A DNA stretch of 64,000 bases from Pseudomonadota bacterium (GCA_022560735.1 JADFSO010000005.1:47822-111821), one strand, 5' to 3'. Shown: positions 1 to 10,263, counted from the first letter of the stretch. Made by a program: numbers and translations. Notes: generated from the sequence alone by a model not told the origin.

Positions 1-503
1 ACACCCCACAGGTTGGCGAGCACCGGCCCGAGCATCAGCGACAACATGAAAGTGCCGCCGATGGTGACCCCGACGACCGCCATCGAACGGGTTCGAAATT
101 CGACGCGCGTGTGATCGGCCAGCCAGGCGGTGACCGCAGCCGATATCGCACCGGCGCCTTGCAGCGCCCGGCCCGCAATCAGCACCATCATGCTATCGGC
201 GCGGGCGGCGATCACGCTGCCGGCAATAAAAATCAGCAGGCCAAAAATGATGACCGGCTTGCGCCCGATCCGATCCGACAACATACCGAACGGGACCTGC
301 AGCGTGGCCTGGGTGATGCCATAAGAGCCGACCGCCAGACCGATCAGCAGCGGCGTCGCACCCGGCAAATCGGCCGCGTACAGGGCCAGCACCGGCAACA
401 GCAAAAACAAGCCCAGCATGCGCACGCCATAGACGCCGGCGAGCACCGCGGTGACCCGCCGTTCAAGCGAATTCAGGCCATAGTCTTGTGCCTTGTCCGT
501 CAA
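1..503 (-). CDS. yajR: MFS transporter, YajR-like (N-terminal part; runs off the window start)
   Basis: Not in the ORF track. Manual translation from TTG at 503, with GGAG upstream: MTDKAQDYGLNSLERRVTAVLAGVYGVRMLGLFLLLPVL...QVPFGMLSDRIGRKPVIIFGL...GRALQGAGAISAAV. This has the MFS motif A (SDRIGRK) and resembles YajR. Divergent from uvrA, a common arrangement. Confidence 0.85.
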   Translation of the reverse strand, partial: MTDKAQDYGLNSLERRVTAVLAGVYGVRMLGLFLLLPVLALYAADLPGATPLLIGLAVGSYGITQATLQVPFGMLSDRIGRKPVIIFGLLIFIAGSVIAARADSMMVLIAGRALQGAGAISAAVTAWLADHTRVEFRTRSMAVVGVTIGGTFMLSLMLGPVLANLWG

Positions 504-574
504 AAGCCGCTCCTTTTGCCCCGCGAATCCAAAGCGGCGTATATTAGCAGGTTGACTCGTCAATACAGCGGACC

Positions 575-3427
575 ATGAAAAAGATCAGCATCCGGGGCGC
601 CCGCACGCACAATCTGAAAAACCTGGACCTGGAACTGCCACGGGAAAGGTTGATCGTGTTCACCGGCCTGTCCGGTTCGGGCAAGTCTTCGCTGGCGTTC
701 GACACCATTTACGCGGAGGGTCAGCGGCGTTACGTCGAGTCGCTGTCCACCTATGCGCGGCAATTCCTGTCGATGATGGAAAAACCGGATGTCGATCATA
801 TAGAAGGTCTGTCGCCGGCGATTGCCATCGAACAAAAATCCACCTCGCACAACCCGCGCTCCACGGTCGGCACGGTCACCGAGATCTACGATTATCTGCG
901 GCTGCTGTATGCGCGTGCCGGCATCCCGCGTTGCCCCGACCACGGCGGTGACCTGGAGGCCCAGACCATCAGCCAGATGGTGGACACAGTCATGGCGCTG
1001 GATGAAGGCAGCCAGCTGATGTTACTGGCCCCGTTGGTCCAGGATCGCAAGGGCGAGCATGTTCAACTGTTGCGCGAGATACGCAGCCAGGGTTTTATCC
1101 GCGCGCGGATCGATGGCAAGATTTGCGAGCTCGACAACGCACCGAAGCTCGAGCTGAAACGCAGACACACGATCGAGGTGATTGTCGATCGCTTCAAGGT
1201 ACGCCCCGATATCAACCTGCGGCTGGCGGAATCGTTCGAGACCGCGCTGCACCTGACCGAGGGCGTGGCCCGGATCGCCTGGATGGACGATACGGACCAG
1301 GCCGAACTGGTCTTTTCGGATCGCTTTGCCTGCAAGGTCTGCGGTTACAGCCTGAGCGAGCTCGAGCCGCGCCTGTTTTCTTTCAATAACCCGACCGGCG
1401 CCTGCCCGAACTGCGATGGCCTCGGGATCAAGCAGTTCTTCGATGCCGGTCGCGTGGTCCTGCACGACAACCTGAGCCTGGCGGGTGGTGCGATCCGCGG
1501 CTGGGACCGGCGCAACGCTTATTACTTCCAGATGATCCAGTCGCTGGCCCGGCATTTCCAGTTCGATATCGAGTCACCGTTCGAGGATCTGCCCGACGAT
1601 ATACGCGAGATCATCCTCTATGGCAGCGGCAAGGAAAAAGTCGATTTCCAGTATCTCGACGGCCGCGGCGGTCATGTCAGGCGGCGCCATGTCTTCGAGG
1701 GAATTATTCCAAACATGCGCAGACGCTATCGCGAGACCGAATCCAGCATGGTGCGCGAAGAACTCGCCAAGTACATGTCCAGCCAGCCATGCCCGGAATG
1801 CGGTGGCAAGAGACTCAACCGGGCCGCGCGCAACGTTTTCGTCGCGGAGAAAACCCTGTCGGAAATCACCTCGATGGGGGTCGGCGAGGCAAGGGAATTT
1901 TTTGCCGGCATGGCGTTGCCGGGTTGGCGGGGAGAAATCGCGACCAAGATCGTCAAGGAAGTCGGCGAAAGACTGCGCTTTCTGTCCGATGTCGGTCTCG
2001 ATTACCTGACGCTGGACCGCAGCGCCGAGACCCTGTCGGGTGGCGAGGCGCAGCGTATCCGTCTTGCCAGCCAGATCGGCTCCGGCCTGGTCGGGGTCAT
2101 GTACATCCTCGACGAACCCTCGATCGGCCTGCACCAGCGCGACAACCAGCGCCTGTTGCGCACGCTGTTTCGCCTGCGCGACCTGGGCAACACCGTGATC
2201 GTGGTCGAACATGACGAAGAAGCGATCCTGGCAGCAGACCATGTGGTCGATCTGGGCCCCGGCGCCGGCGTCCACGGGGGGCAGATCGTCGCCCAGGGTA
2301 CCCCGCAGGAAATCCAGGCCCAGGCCGAGTCGCTCACCGGCCAGTACCTGTCCGGCCGGCGCAGCATACCGATGCCGCTGATGCGCACGCCGGCGGACGG
2401 CAAACGGGTGCTTGCAATCCGCGGCGCGCGCGGCAACAACCTGAAGAATATCGATGTGGACATTCCGATCGGACTGATGACCTGCGTGACCGGGGTTTCC
2501 GGATCGGGCAAATCCACGCTGATCAACAGCACGCTTTACGAAGCGGTGGCCGATCGCATCAACCCCTCCGCGCACAATCCGGCGCCGAACGACGGCGTGG
2601 ACGGACTGGAGCACCTGGACCGGGTCATCGATATCAGCCAGAGCCCGATCGGCCGAACCCCGCGCTCCAACCCGGCGACCTACACCGGCCTGTTCACGCC
2701 GATACGCGATCTGTTCGCCGGCACGCCGGAGGCCCGTTCGCGCGGCTATGCCGCCGGGCGCTTCAGCTTTAACGTCAAGGGGGGTCGCTGCGAGGCTTGC
2801 CAGGGCGATGGCGTACTCAAGGTCGAGATGCATTTCCTGCCCGATATCTATGTGTCCTGCGACATCTGCAAGAGTAAACGCTATAACCGCGAGACCTTAC
2901 AGATCCTGTACAAGGGCAAGAACATTCATGAAGTACTGGACATGACCGTCGAGGACGCGCTGATATTTTTTGCCAATATCCCGGTGATTGCGAAAAAACT
3001 GGCGACCCTGACCGATGTCGGCCTGACTTACATCCGGCTCGGGCAAAACGCGACCACACTGTCCGGTGGCGAAGCGCAACGGGTAAAACTCGCCAAGGAA
3101 TTATCCAAGCGCGCGACCGGGCGCACCTTGTATATACTCGATGAGCCGACCACCGGTCTGCACTTCCATGACATCGCGCAGTTGCTGCTGGTGTTGCAGC
3201 GCTTGCGCGATCAGGGCAATACCGTCGTCGTCATCGAACACAACCTCGATGTCATCAAGACCGCCGACTGGATCATCGATCTCGGTCCCGAGGGCGGCGA
3301 TGGTGGTGGCGAAGTCGTCGCGACCGGCACACCGGAGGAAGTCAGCGAAACCCCTGGCTCCTATACCGGTGAATATCTGAAGCGCGTGTTGAGAAAAGCC
3401 GCGAATGGAAAACGGATGACGGCGTGA
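575..3427 (+). CDS. uvrA: Excinuclease ABC subunit A
   Basis: 950 aa. Two Walker A motifs ([16 protein letters not shown]), two LSGGEAQR signatures, zinc-finger cysteines and the GARTHNLKN start. Confidence 0.99.
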   Translation: MKKISIRGARTHNLKNLDLELPRERLIVFTGLSGSGKSSLAFDTIYAEGQRRYVESLSTYARQFLSMMEKPDVDHIEGLSPAIAIEQKSTSHNPRSTVGTVTEIYDYLRLLYARAGIPRCPDHGGDLEAQTISQMVDTVMALDEGSQLMLLAPLVQDRKGEHVQLLREIRSQGFIRARIDGKICELDNAPKLELKRRHTIEVIVDRFKVRPDINLRLAESFETALHLTEGVARIAWMDDTDQAELVFSDRFACKVCGYSLSELEPRLFSFNNPTGACPNCDGLGIKQFFDAGRVVLHDNLSLAGGAIRGWDRRNAYYFQMIQSLARHFQFDIESPFEDLPDDIREIILYGSGKEKVDFQYLDGRGGHVRRRHVFEGIIPNMRRRYRETESSMVREELAKYMSSQPCPECGGKRLNRAARNVFVAEKTLSEITSMGVGEAREFFAGMALPGWRGEIATKIVKEVGERLRFLSDVGLDYLTLDRSAETLSGGEAQRIRLASQIGSGLVGVMYILDEPSIGLHQRDNQRLLRTLFRLRDLGNTVIVVEHDEEAILAADHVVDLGPGAGVHGGQIVAQGTPQEIQAQAESLTGQYLSGRRSIPMPLMRTPADGKRVLAIRGARGNNLKNIDVDIPIGLMTCVTGVSGSGKSTLINSTLYEAVADRINPSAHNPAPNDGVDGLEHLDRVIDISQSPIGRTPRSNPATYTGLFTPIRDLFAGTPEARSRGYAAGRFSFNVKGGRCEACQGDGVLKVEMHFLPDIYVSCDICKSKRYNRETLQILYKGKNIHEVLDMTVEDALIFFANIPVIAKKLATLTDVGLTYIRLGQNATTLSGGEAQRVKLAKELSKRATGRTLYILDEPTTGLHFHDIAQLLLVLQRLRDQGNTVVVIEHNLDVIKTADWIIDLGPEGGDGGGEVVATGTPEEVSETPGSYTGEYLKRVLRKAANGKRMTA

Positions 3428-3473
3428 TGCAGACCGCTGGCAAAGAGCCCGGCATCAAAAACAGATTTTTCAG

Positions 3474-5573
3474 TCAAAGATCTCGCTGCGAAGAAATATC
3501 CAGCAAAGCCTTCTCAAAATCCCGGGTAAATTTTCCGGTATCGAACAACGCGCAGGTCTCTCGTTTGCGCGCCAGTTTCTTTTTCAGATCGGCCAGGTCT
3601 TCCATGTCCTGCCCGAGGTGAATCGCCATATCGCGATATTCCTGTTCCGAACTCATGATCAGTTCCGGTAATTCTGCCGCCGTCAAAATACTTCCGGCGA
3701 CCCGCGAGGCAAAAGTGTCCCCCGGCAAGGTCAGCACCGGGCAACCCATCCACAACGCATCGCTGGCTGTCGTGTGCGCGTTGTATGGCAACGTATCGAG
3801 AAACAGGTCCGCATGACGGTATGTCGCAAGATATTGTTTTTGTTCGGCTTTTTTTGCAAAAATCAGGCGTTCCGGCGCCAGCCCCAGGTCTTTTGCAGCA
3901 GACCGCAGCCGATCTTTCGCCGGCCACCTGGGATCGGGATCGAGCAGCCAAAGGACACTGTCCGGGACCGCGTCAAGAATTGCCACCCAGCGTGCAAAAG
4001 TCTGCCGGGTAATTTTCTGGCTCGCATTGAAACAACAATAGACCATGCCCTGGTCGGGCAATCCGAACTCGGAACGGCCCGGCGTGCCGGTTGCGGTTTC
4101 GCGATCGCGGTCGTTAACTTGATAGCTGTTCGGCAAGCGGATGATTTTTTCACTGTATGCGGATTCGCTGCCTGCGGGTATCACGAATTCATCGGCAACC
4201 AGGTAATCCATAAATTCCGCGCCCATCGTTCCCGGATAGCCGAGAAAACTGAGCTGCAACGGAGCCGGCCGGTAGGCGAAAACTTCGGACATTGCATCCA
4301 GCGTATAACCTTTCAGGTCGACCAGGATATCGACCCGGTCATCGCGGATTCTTTGAGCGATCTTCACCGGCGTCCAGCCACTGACATCGACAAACTCGTC
4401 GAAAGCATCCACAACCCGCCGGCGAATCGCGCTGTTGTCGTCCGGGCCGTTGGAATAAGCGAGCAGGCGGAATTTGGAACGGTCATGCGCCGCGAACAAT
4501 CCGGCCATCAGGTATGCAGTCGGGTGCTGGTAAAAGTCGGCGGAGACGTAGGCGAGTGTCAACCGTTGATCGTCCGGCGGATTCTTGCCGGATTTTTCCG
4601 CGGGTGGAAGTTTCTCAATCCGGGAAAATTGGCGTGCCCACAATTCAGCGCAATGTTTTTGCTGTTGCGCCGTGCTGTGCTCCAGGGTCAGGGAAAACGG
4701 GGTCAGTCCGCCGACGTCCTGCTCAAGCGCCTTGAAATACTGCTGCGACAATCTCTCGGCGCCATCCCAGTCGAATAGCGCCCGGCGCAGAAACAACGCA
4801 GCCGAGATCGCACCGCCATGCAGCGGCTCGATCTGCAGCGCGCGACCGTAGCAACTCAGTGCCTCACCGGCCATGCGTGCCTCATCCAGCAACAGGCCCA
4901 GGTTGTACCAGGTATCGGCATTATCCGGGGCGGTTTTCAAGGACGCCTGATACGTGCTGACCGCCTGCTGCCGATCGCCTTTCGCCGCCAGCACGGAACC
5001 GAGCTGCGCCAGGCAACCCGGGTGCCCGGGTGCAGCCTGCAGCGTATCGCGCACCGCCCGTTCCGCCGCTTCCAGATCGCCCTGCGCCTGCAAAACCATA
5101 CTCAGGTTGGTGCCTGCCTCAGGGTAGCCTGGCGAAGCCCGCAGAGCCTGCTCAAACTGCGCTTGCGCCTCGCCGAGGCGGCCTTGCAGGAAGCGCGCGC
5201 TACCGAGACCGTTTAGCGCAGCAGGCAATGCGGGTTCGATCGCCAGCGCGGCCTGGAAACGCTCCGCGGCCTCAACGGATCTTTGCATCGCGTTATACAC
5301 TGCACCGAGGTTGCACAATGCGTCCGCATCGCCCGGTGCAGAAGCCAACGCCTGAAGAATCAGTTTCTCGGCACGTTCGTGGCCACCTTGCTGATGATGA
5401 ACCAGGCCCAAAAAATGCAATGCGTGGAACTGGCCGGGAACGGCCCGCAATACCCTCTCGTAAATCGGTTTCGCCTCATCGAGCGCTCCCGCCTGGTGCA
5501 ACTGCAGCGCCTGATCGAGAAGCTGCTTAAGCGGCACTTCGCTGCCGTCATCAAGGCGTATGGTTTGATTCAT
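3474..5573 (-). CDS. TPR-repeat O-GlcNAc transferase-like glycosyltransferase (GT41/SPINDLY family)
   Basis: About 10 TPR-like repeats, then GT41 motifs: YVSADFYQHPTAYL, DILVDLKGYT, APLQLSFLGYPGT, DLFLDTLPYNAHTTASDALWMGCPV. Start moved to ATG 5573 (MNQTIRLDDG); the ORF-track extension to 5747 looks non-coding. Confidence 0.9.
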   Translation of the reverse strand: MNQTIRLDDGSEVPLKQLLDQALQLHQAGALDEAKPIYERVLRAVPGQFHALHFLGLVHHQQGGHERAEKLILQALASAPGDADALCNLGAVYNAMQRSVEAAERFQAALAIEPALPAALNGLGSARFLQGRLGEAQAQFEQALRASPGYPEAGTNLSMVLQAQGDLEAAERAVRDTLQAAPGHPGCLAQLGSVLAAKGDRQQAVSTYQASLKTAPDNADTWYNLGLLLDEARMAGEALSCYGRALQIEPLHGGAISAALFLRRALFDWDGAERLSQQYFKALEQDVGGLTPFSLTLEHSTAQQQKHCAELWARQFSRIEKLPPAEKSGKNPPDDQRLTLAYVSADFYQHPTAYLMAGLFAAHDRSKFRLLAYSNGPDDNSAIRRRVVDAFDEFVDVSGWTPVKIAQRIRDDRVDILVDLKGYTLDAMSEVFAYRPAPLQLSFLGYPGTMGAEFMDYLVADEFVIPAGSESAYSEKIIRLPNSYQVNDRDRETATGTPGRSEFGLPDQGMVYCCFNASQKITRQTFARWVAILDAVPDSVLWLLDPDPRWPAKDRLRSAAKDLGLAPERLIFAKKAEQKQYLATYRHADLFLDTLPYNAHTTASDALWMGCPVLTLPGDTFASRVAGSILTAAELPELIMSSEQEYRDMAIHLGQDMEDLADLKKKLARKRETCALFDTGKFTRDFEKALLDISSQRDL

Positions 5574-5667
5574 ATAGTGGGAGCAAAGATACTGGTAGCT
5601 GTTGTTCCGGTTTGATGTTAGCAGATGTCGACGCTGCGACCGGCAACGCCATCGAGAGGACAAAGAC

Positions 5668-5796
5668 ATGAGCCAAATCACCGCCACCTTGTCATCCGGG
5701 ACCGATGTTGAATTGTCGAACGGCCGCCACACCTGGAGAGCGGACATATTTGTTTTTTGCGAGCGGGCTAACTGGACAAGGTGTCAACAGGACTGA
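5668..5796 (+). pseudogene. 5' fragment of an OsmC/YhfA-like gene, truncated after codon 26
   Basis: RBS GAGAGGA, then MSQITATLSSGTDVELSNGRHTWRAD. OsmC-family proteins continue D-E-P...GG...GP-P; here the sequence switches at 5745/5746 into the intI 3' flank. Family call is from memory. Confidence 0.5.
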
Positions 5797-6178
5797 CGAT
5801 TGCGCCGGCACGGTTGCGGACGACATGAAGATAGATCTCCGTCGTCCGAATATCGCCGTGCCCGAGTAGCGACTGCACCAGCTTGATGTCGTAGCCGGTT
5901 TCGATCAACCGGGTGGCAAAGGAGTGCCTGAAGGTATGCGACCCAGCCCTCCGGTGGATGCCAGCCCGCCGAATCGCCGGTTTGAGCGCTTTTTGAAACG
6001 CCGAGTAATGCCGATGGTGGCGACGAAGTACACCGGTTTGCGGATCAACGCAGCGAAGTACCCAATGCAGATAGGTTTTCTCAGTCGCGTAACTCAGACC
6101 GCGATCGCGTATCGATTGCCTGAACAAGGAAACGAAGCGTTTGGATTTTCTTGGCAATGCCGGGCGTATATCATCCAT
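5768..6178 (-). pseudogene. intI: Integron integrase with large in-frame internal deletion (136 aa)
   Basis: IntI N-terminus (FRQSIRDRGLSYATEKTYLHWV) joined directly to the IntI-specific DPQTGVLRRHH motif and box II (HTFRHSFAT...YDIKLVQSLLGH...TTEIYLHV...SPVD). The central region with catalytic Arg/Lys is absent. Confidence 0.9.
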
Positions 6179-6189
6179 GATCCATCCAG

Positions 6190-6291
6190 CGGTAACGCCG
6201 CACCAAGCGCAGAGGCACTTAAAGCTAGCGAAGTTTCTGCAAAACGACCGGCCCAGCCCAAACGCGGCAAACCGCTGGTACGGCGCCAGAC
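6190..6291 (+). other. Degenerate attC-like site next to the intI start
   Basis: GGTAAC-GCCGC-ACCAAGCG ... CGCTGGT-ACGGC-GCCAGAC. Arms pair with one extra base in the left L box; the right core is GCCAGAC instead of GTTAGAC. Confidence 0.5.
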
Positions 6292-6303
6292 TGGGACAAC
6301 CGC

Positions 6304-6558
6304 TTAGCCGATATTCTTTAACTCTTCACGTACAACTCTGCGCAAAATCTGTTCCAGGGGTTCACGTGTCTGCACCATGTATTCGTGAAGTGCCTGGTTG
6401 ATTAATGTCTGATAGTTGCCGCCACCCGCATCGTCAACCTGCTTTTTGAACCATTCGATCACTTCTTCATCCAGGCGAATCGTGATGCGTTTCTTTCCAG
6501 TAGGCGCCGAAATCACTGGCCCTCGTTTGCCCTTGCTGAAATCGTAGTCTTTCCTCAT
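6304..6558 (-). CDS. brnA: BrnA-family antitoxin (type II TA)
   Basis: MRKDYDFSKGKRG...KKRITIRLDEEVIEWFK...GNYQTLINQALHEYM matches the BrnA RHH pattern. TAATG overlap with the upstream toxin. Confidence 0.85.
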   Translation of the reverse strand: MRKDYDFSKGKRGPVISAPTGKKRITIRLDEEVIEWFKKQVDDAGGGNYQTLINQALHEYMVQTREPLEQILRRVVREELKNIG

Positions 6559-6845
6559 TAAATTGCTCCGTAGCATTTACCTTCGCCCTTTGATGCTTTA
6601 CGGGAAGATATAATGCGGACGACATCGTCACGGTGGGTAAATACAGTAACTAAAACCCGTCCCATTGCGTCCATACCCAATGAAACGAATCGAGTTTCAT
6701 CCTCTGAATCCAGATCAGCAATGGTAAGTGCCAGCTCGTCCTCCAAGGCAATCACGGCATCCGCGAACCCGACACCATGCTTTATTGCGTTGGCCTTGGT
6801 TTTGACCAAATCCCATTCATATTCAACTGAATTTACTGTATGCAC
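6558..6845 (-). CDS. brnT: BrnT-family toxin (DUF497); true start uncertain
   Basis: EYEWDLVKTKANAIKHGVGFADA...ETRFVSLG...VFTHRDDVVRIISSRKA is the BrnT consensus. The family start aligns with GTT at 6827. Confidence 0.85.
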   Translation of the reverse strand: MHTVNSVEYEWDLVKTKANAIKHGVGFADAVIALEDELALTIADLDSEDETRFVSLGMDAMGRVLVTVFTHRDDVVRIISSRKASKGEGKCYGAI

Positions 6846-6864
6846 AACTGTACACCAATGTCAA
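6835..6864 (-). promoter_or_regulatory. Sigma70-like promoter of the first brnTA module
   Basis: Minus strand: TTGACA (6864-6859), 18 nt, TACAGT (6840-6835). An imperfect TGTA...TACA dyad overlaps the spacer. Confidence 0.55.
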
Positions 6865-7173
6865 GCTAATCGACCCCACCCTGGCTACGGGTCAACGCCA
6901 TCGTGACCGGCTTTCGCCTGCGGCCTCAGCGTTTTCCTGCTGTCTGATTTATATGGCACCGGGTTTTTTTACACCAACCGCATATCAGGCCAATAACGCC
7001 AGATTCATGATTTACAAAGCTTTTCTATCTCTTTTGGGAATTTGCTATCATATATATAGCGCGACATACAAAGCCCTTGATCGAACGCCACAAAGGTGGG
7101 TTTTTTGTTATCGCATAAATGGTTGGTGTTGAGAGGCGTTCACCAGCCGTAGACAATAAATTACAAACGCATA

Positions 7174-7220
7174 CATAGAATGATCATCAAAACCAACAAC
7201 CATAGAATTAACTGTTAGAT
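7174..7220 (+). other. Probable attI site
   Basis: AT-rich tract with no attC stem, ending TTAACT-GTTAGAT (core 7214-7220). CATAGAAT direct repeats at 7174 and 7201. GTTAGAT is the exact complement of the ATCTAAC that ends cassette 1. Confidence 0.6.
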
Positions 7221-7223
7221 TCC

Positions 7224-7766
7224 ATGCGCCGTTGGTTCTTACACAGCTTTTCAGTAGTCATCGTCCTGATTACATTGATCGCCGCTTGGCGCATTATGTC
7301 GACGACATTTGACCTGGCTGTTATTTACGCAACTGATGAAGACGATGGGCCGCTGCAAGAAATTTACCTTTGGCGAATCCGGAATCTGGAATCTTGTCCC
7401 TCCCTGGACTCATCTTCGCCTGAATCGCCAACTGGCTATGTGGTGAATGCGTACAATATGCCAAACACGGATAATGCAAAGGTATTCGAAGTCTTAGCGA
7501 TATTGATTGACATTGGTTGCGATATTAATGCACGAAATAGTTTTGGGGGAGTTCCTTTACACAACCCAGTTATGGCGGGAGAAATACAGATGGTGCGTTT
7601 CTTATTGCGCAACGGTGCGGATCCTTTCCTGCGGTTCGAAGGTAACGAGCGGAACTCGCATCTTTCCGGTCTCAACTCTTTTCAACTTGCCCAGCTTACG
7701 CAAGAGAAAATGGGCCGGAACACGGAGGTAATTGGTTTGTTGAGAGAGTATGAAGATGGAATCTAA
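7224..7766 (+). CDS. Cassette 1: membrane-anchored ankyrin-repeat protein
   Basis: N-terminal hydrophobic helix and ankyrin consensus (GCDINARNSFGGVPLH...VRFLLRNGADP). Low GC. Stop codon lies within ATCTAAC. Confidence 0.8.
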   Translation: MRRWFLHSFSVVIVLITLIAAWRIMSTTFDLAVIYATDEDDGPLQEIYLWRIRNLESCPSLDSSSPESPTGYVVNAYNMPNTDNAKVFEVLAILIDIGCDINARNSFGGVPLHNPVMAGEIQMVRFLLRNGADPFLRFEGNERNSHLSGLNSFQLAQLTQEKMGRNTEVIGLLREYEDGI

Positions 7767-7795
7767 CCAGTGACTGTGGTTCCAAGTCAACCCGA

Positions 7796-8920
<1,125 letters not shown>

Positions 8921-9062
8921 GTTTTGCTACAAAATCAACCATACAAGCGCATGCAGTTCGCGCCTGCGGCGCCGGACCGGCCTGCGGCCGGCCGCTGATG
9001 CAGGTCGTTAGAAACCTGATCAAGGTATAGAGATAGCGCCCGAGGAACCACCACCGGGTTAC

Positions 9063-9098
9063 TTGCAATCACTCCAAAAAAGGTATATTTTCTATACC
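9063..9098 (+). promoter_or_regulatory. Promoter and operator of cassette 2 TA
   Basis: TTGCAA-N17-TATTTT, overlapped by the inverted repeat GGTATA-N5-TATACC (9082-9098). Confidence 0.55.
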
Positions 9099-9101
9099 AT
9101 T

Positions 9102-9362
9102 ATGGGATTCGAGTTCGATCCTCAGAAAAGTGACCGAAACCTCGCTAATCACGGCATCGATTTTGTTGAAGCTCAGCAACTGTGGAACGACTCGAATTTA
9201 TTGGAGATCCCAGCGCGGACCGAGGATGAACCAAGGTTTATCGTAATTGGCCAGATCAATGCTAAACATTGGTCAGCTGTAATTACCTATCGCGGCGATG
9301 ACATTCGCATCATTTCCGTGCGGCGATCCCGAGAGGAAGAGGTAATCTGGTATGAAAGCTAA
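9102..9362 (+). CDS. brnT: Cassette 2: BrnT-family toxin
   Basis: MGFEFDPQKSDRNLANHGIDFVEAQQLW...EPRFIVIG...RIISVRRSR. Start moved to ATG 9102. Confidence 0.85.
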   Translation: MGFEFDPQKSDRNLANHGIDFVEAQQLWNDSNLLEIPARTEDEPRFIVIGQINAKHWSAVITYRGDDIRIISVRRSREEEVIWYES

Positions 9363-9621
9363 GAAATTTGATAGCGATTTTGACCAAGGCAAAGATGTAA
9401 CCGGTGCCTTGAATCTTTCTAAAGCTCGGCGTCCGAAACAGCAACAAAAACGTGTGAATGTCGATTTTCCAACCTGGATGGTCGAGTCACTTGATAAGGA
9501 AGCACGGCGGTTAGGTGTAACTCGACAATCAATCATTAAAGTGTGGCTTGCGGAAAGATTGGAGCAGTCGGCTTCTAACCAGTCGGTGCAGACCGACAGC
9601 CAGCAAGCTGGCCGCCGCTGA
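9352..9621 (+). CDS. brnA: Cassette 2: CopG/BrnA-type antitoxin
   Basis: MKAKKFDSDFDQGKDV...KRVNVDFPTWMVESLDKEARRLGVTRQSIIKVWLAERL (RHH fold). Overlaps the toxin and reads into attC2. Confidence 0.8.
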   Translation: MKAKKFDSDFDQGKDVTGALNLSKARRPKQQQKRVNVDFPTWMVESLDKEARRLGVTRQSIIKVWLAERLEQSASNQSVQTDSQQAGRR

Positions 9622-9635
9622 CCTAAGCGTTATGA
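9573..9635 (+). other. attC2 (intact, 63 bp)
   Basis: TTCTAAC-CAGTC-GGTGCAG...CTGACC-TAAGC-GTTATGA. TTCTAAC is the exact complement of the cassette start GTTAGAA (9007). Confidence 0.9.
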
Positions 9636-9675
9636 GCCTTAGAACATTAGCGCCAGCGTGCTATTCTTGATTGTG

Positions 9676-9693
9676 GTACCATAATGGTACTAT
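9676..9693 (+). promoter_or_regulatory. hicAB operator palindrome and extended -10
   Basis: GTACCAT-A-ATGGTAC (9676-9690) overlaps TGgTACTAT (9685-9693). The ATG follows 6 nt later, consistent with a leaderless mRNA. Confidence 0.65.
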
Positions 9694-9699
9694 TGCAGC

Positions 9700-9903
9700 A
9701 TGCCACCAAAGATTCGCGAATTGATTCGAGACCTGGAGTCCGCAGGCTTCGCTAATCGAGGTGGTAAAGGTGGTCACCGCAACTTTCGACATTCGGAAGG
9801 GGTCAGTATCACACTCAGTGGTAAGCCTGGTCAGGATGCGAAGCGGTACCAGATTAGAGATGTTAAACGAGCTATAGAGCTGATTGATGATGAAAAAGCG
9901 TAA
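9700..9903 (+). CDS. hicA: Cassette 3: HicA-family toxin
   Basis: 67 aa: RELIRDLESAGF...GKGGHRNFRH (GSH-like motif). Confidence 0.85.
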   Translation: MPPKIRELIRDLESAGFANRGGKGGHRNFRHSEGVSITLSGKPGQDAKRYQIRDVKRAIELIDDEKA

Positions 9904-10228
9904 TCAATATTTGAAAGTGGTCGAGTGGTCAGAAGAAGATCAGTGTTTCATTGGACGAGTACCAGGCCTGGCATTGGGCGGTGTTCATGGGAAAAACGAA
10001 GGCAAAGTTTATGAAAGACTCGGTACCCTCGTGGATGAGTGGATCGCTATATACGAGGCAGATGGGGCTTCGTTGCCACCGGCTACAGCGGGAAGAAGAT
10101 ACTCGGGTCGCTTCAATATTCGGCTAGGCGAAACACTTCATGAGCGTTTGGCTATAGAATCCTTGAAGGTAAAAGAAAGCCTGAACTCATATTGCGTGAA
10201 GGTACTAAGAAATGAGGTTGGCTTATAA
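9890..10228 (+). CDS. hicB: Cassette 3: HicB-family antitoxin
   Basis: VEWSEEDQCFIGRVPGL...HG...YSGRFNIRLGETLHERLAIES: HicB domain plus RHH. Start at 9887 or 9890. Confidence 0.85.
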   Translation: MKKRNQYLKVVEWSEEDQCFIGRVPGLALGGVHGKNEGKVYERLGTLVDEWIAIYEADGASLPPATAGRRYSGRFNIRLGETLHERLAIESLKVKESLNSYCVKVLRNEVGL

Positions 10229-10263
10229 CCAGTCGATGAAGCGGGCCAACCTAGCCGTCACAG
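10223..10263 (+). other. attC3, left half only
   Basis: TTATAAC-CAGTC-GATGAAG..., with no matching L'/GTT arm before the next ATG at 10287. Confidence 0.65.

Noticed and set aside
6024-6061. 8-nt repeat GTACTTCG near the intI deletion as a microhomology
   Set aside because: Both copies remain with CVDPQTG between them, so they cannot be the deletion endpoints.
6836-6851. Possible LexA box CTGT-N8-CTGT near the brnT promoter
   Set aside because: The half-sites are direct, not inverted (needs ACAG); better explained as promoter/operator sequence.
6940-6955. Possible intI SOS box CTGTCTGATTTATATG
   Set aside because: The right half is TATG, not ACAG; too degenerate to call.
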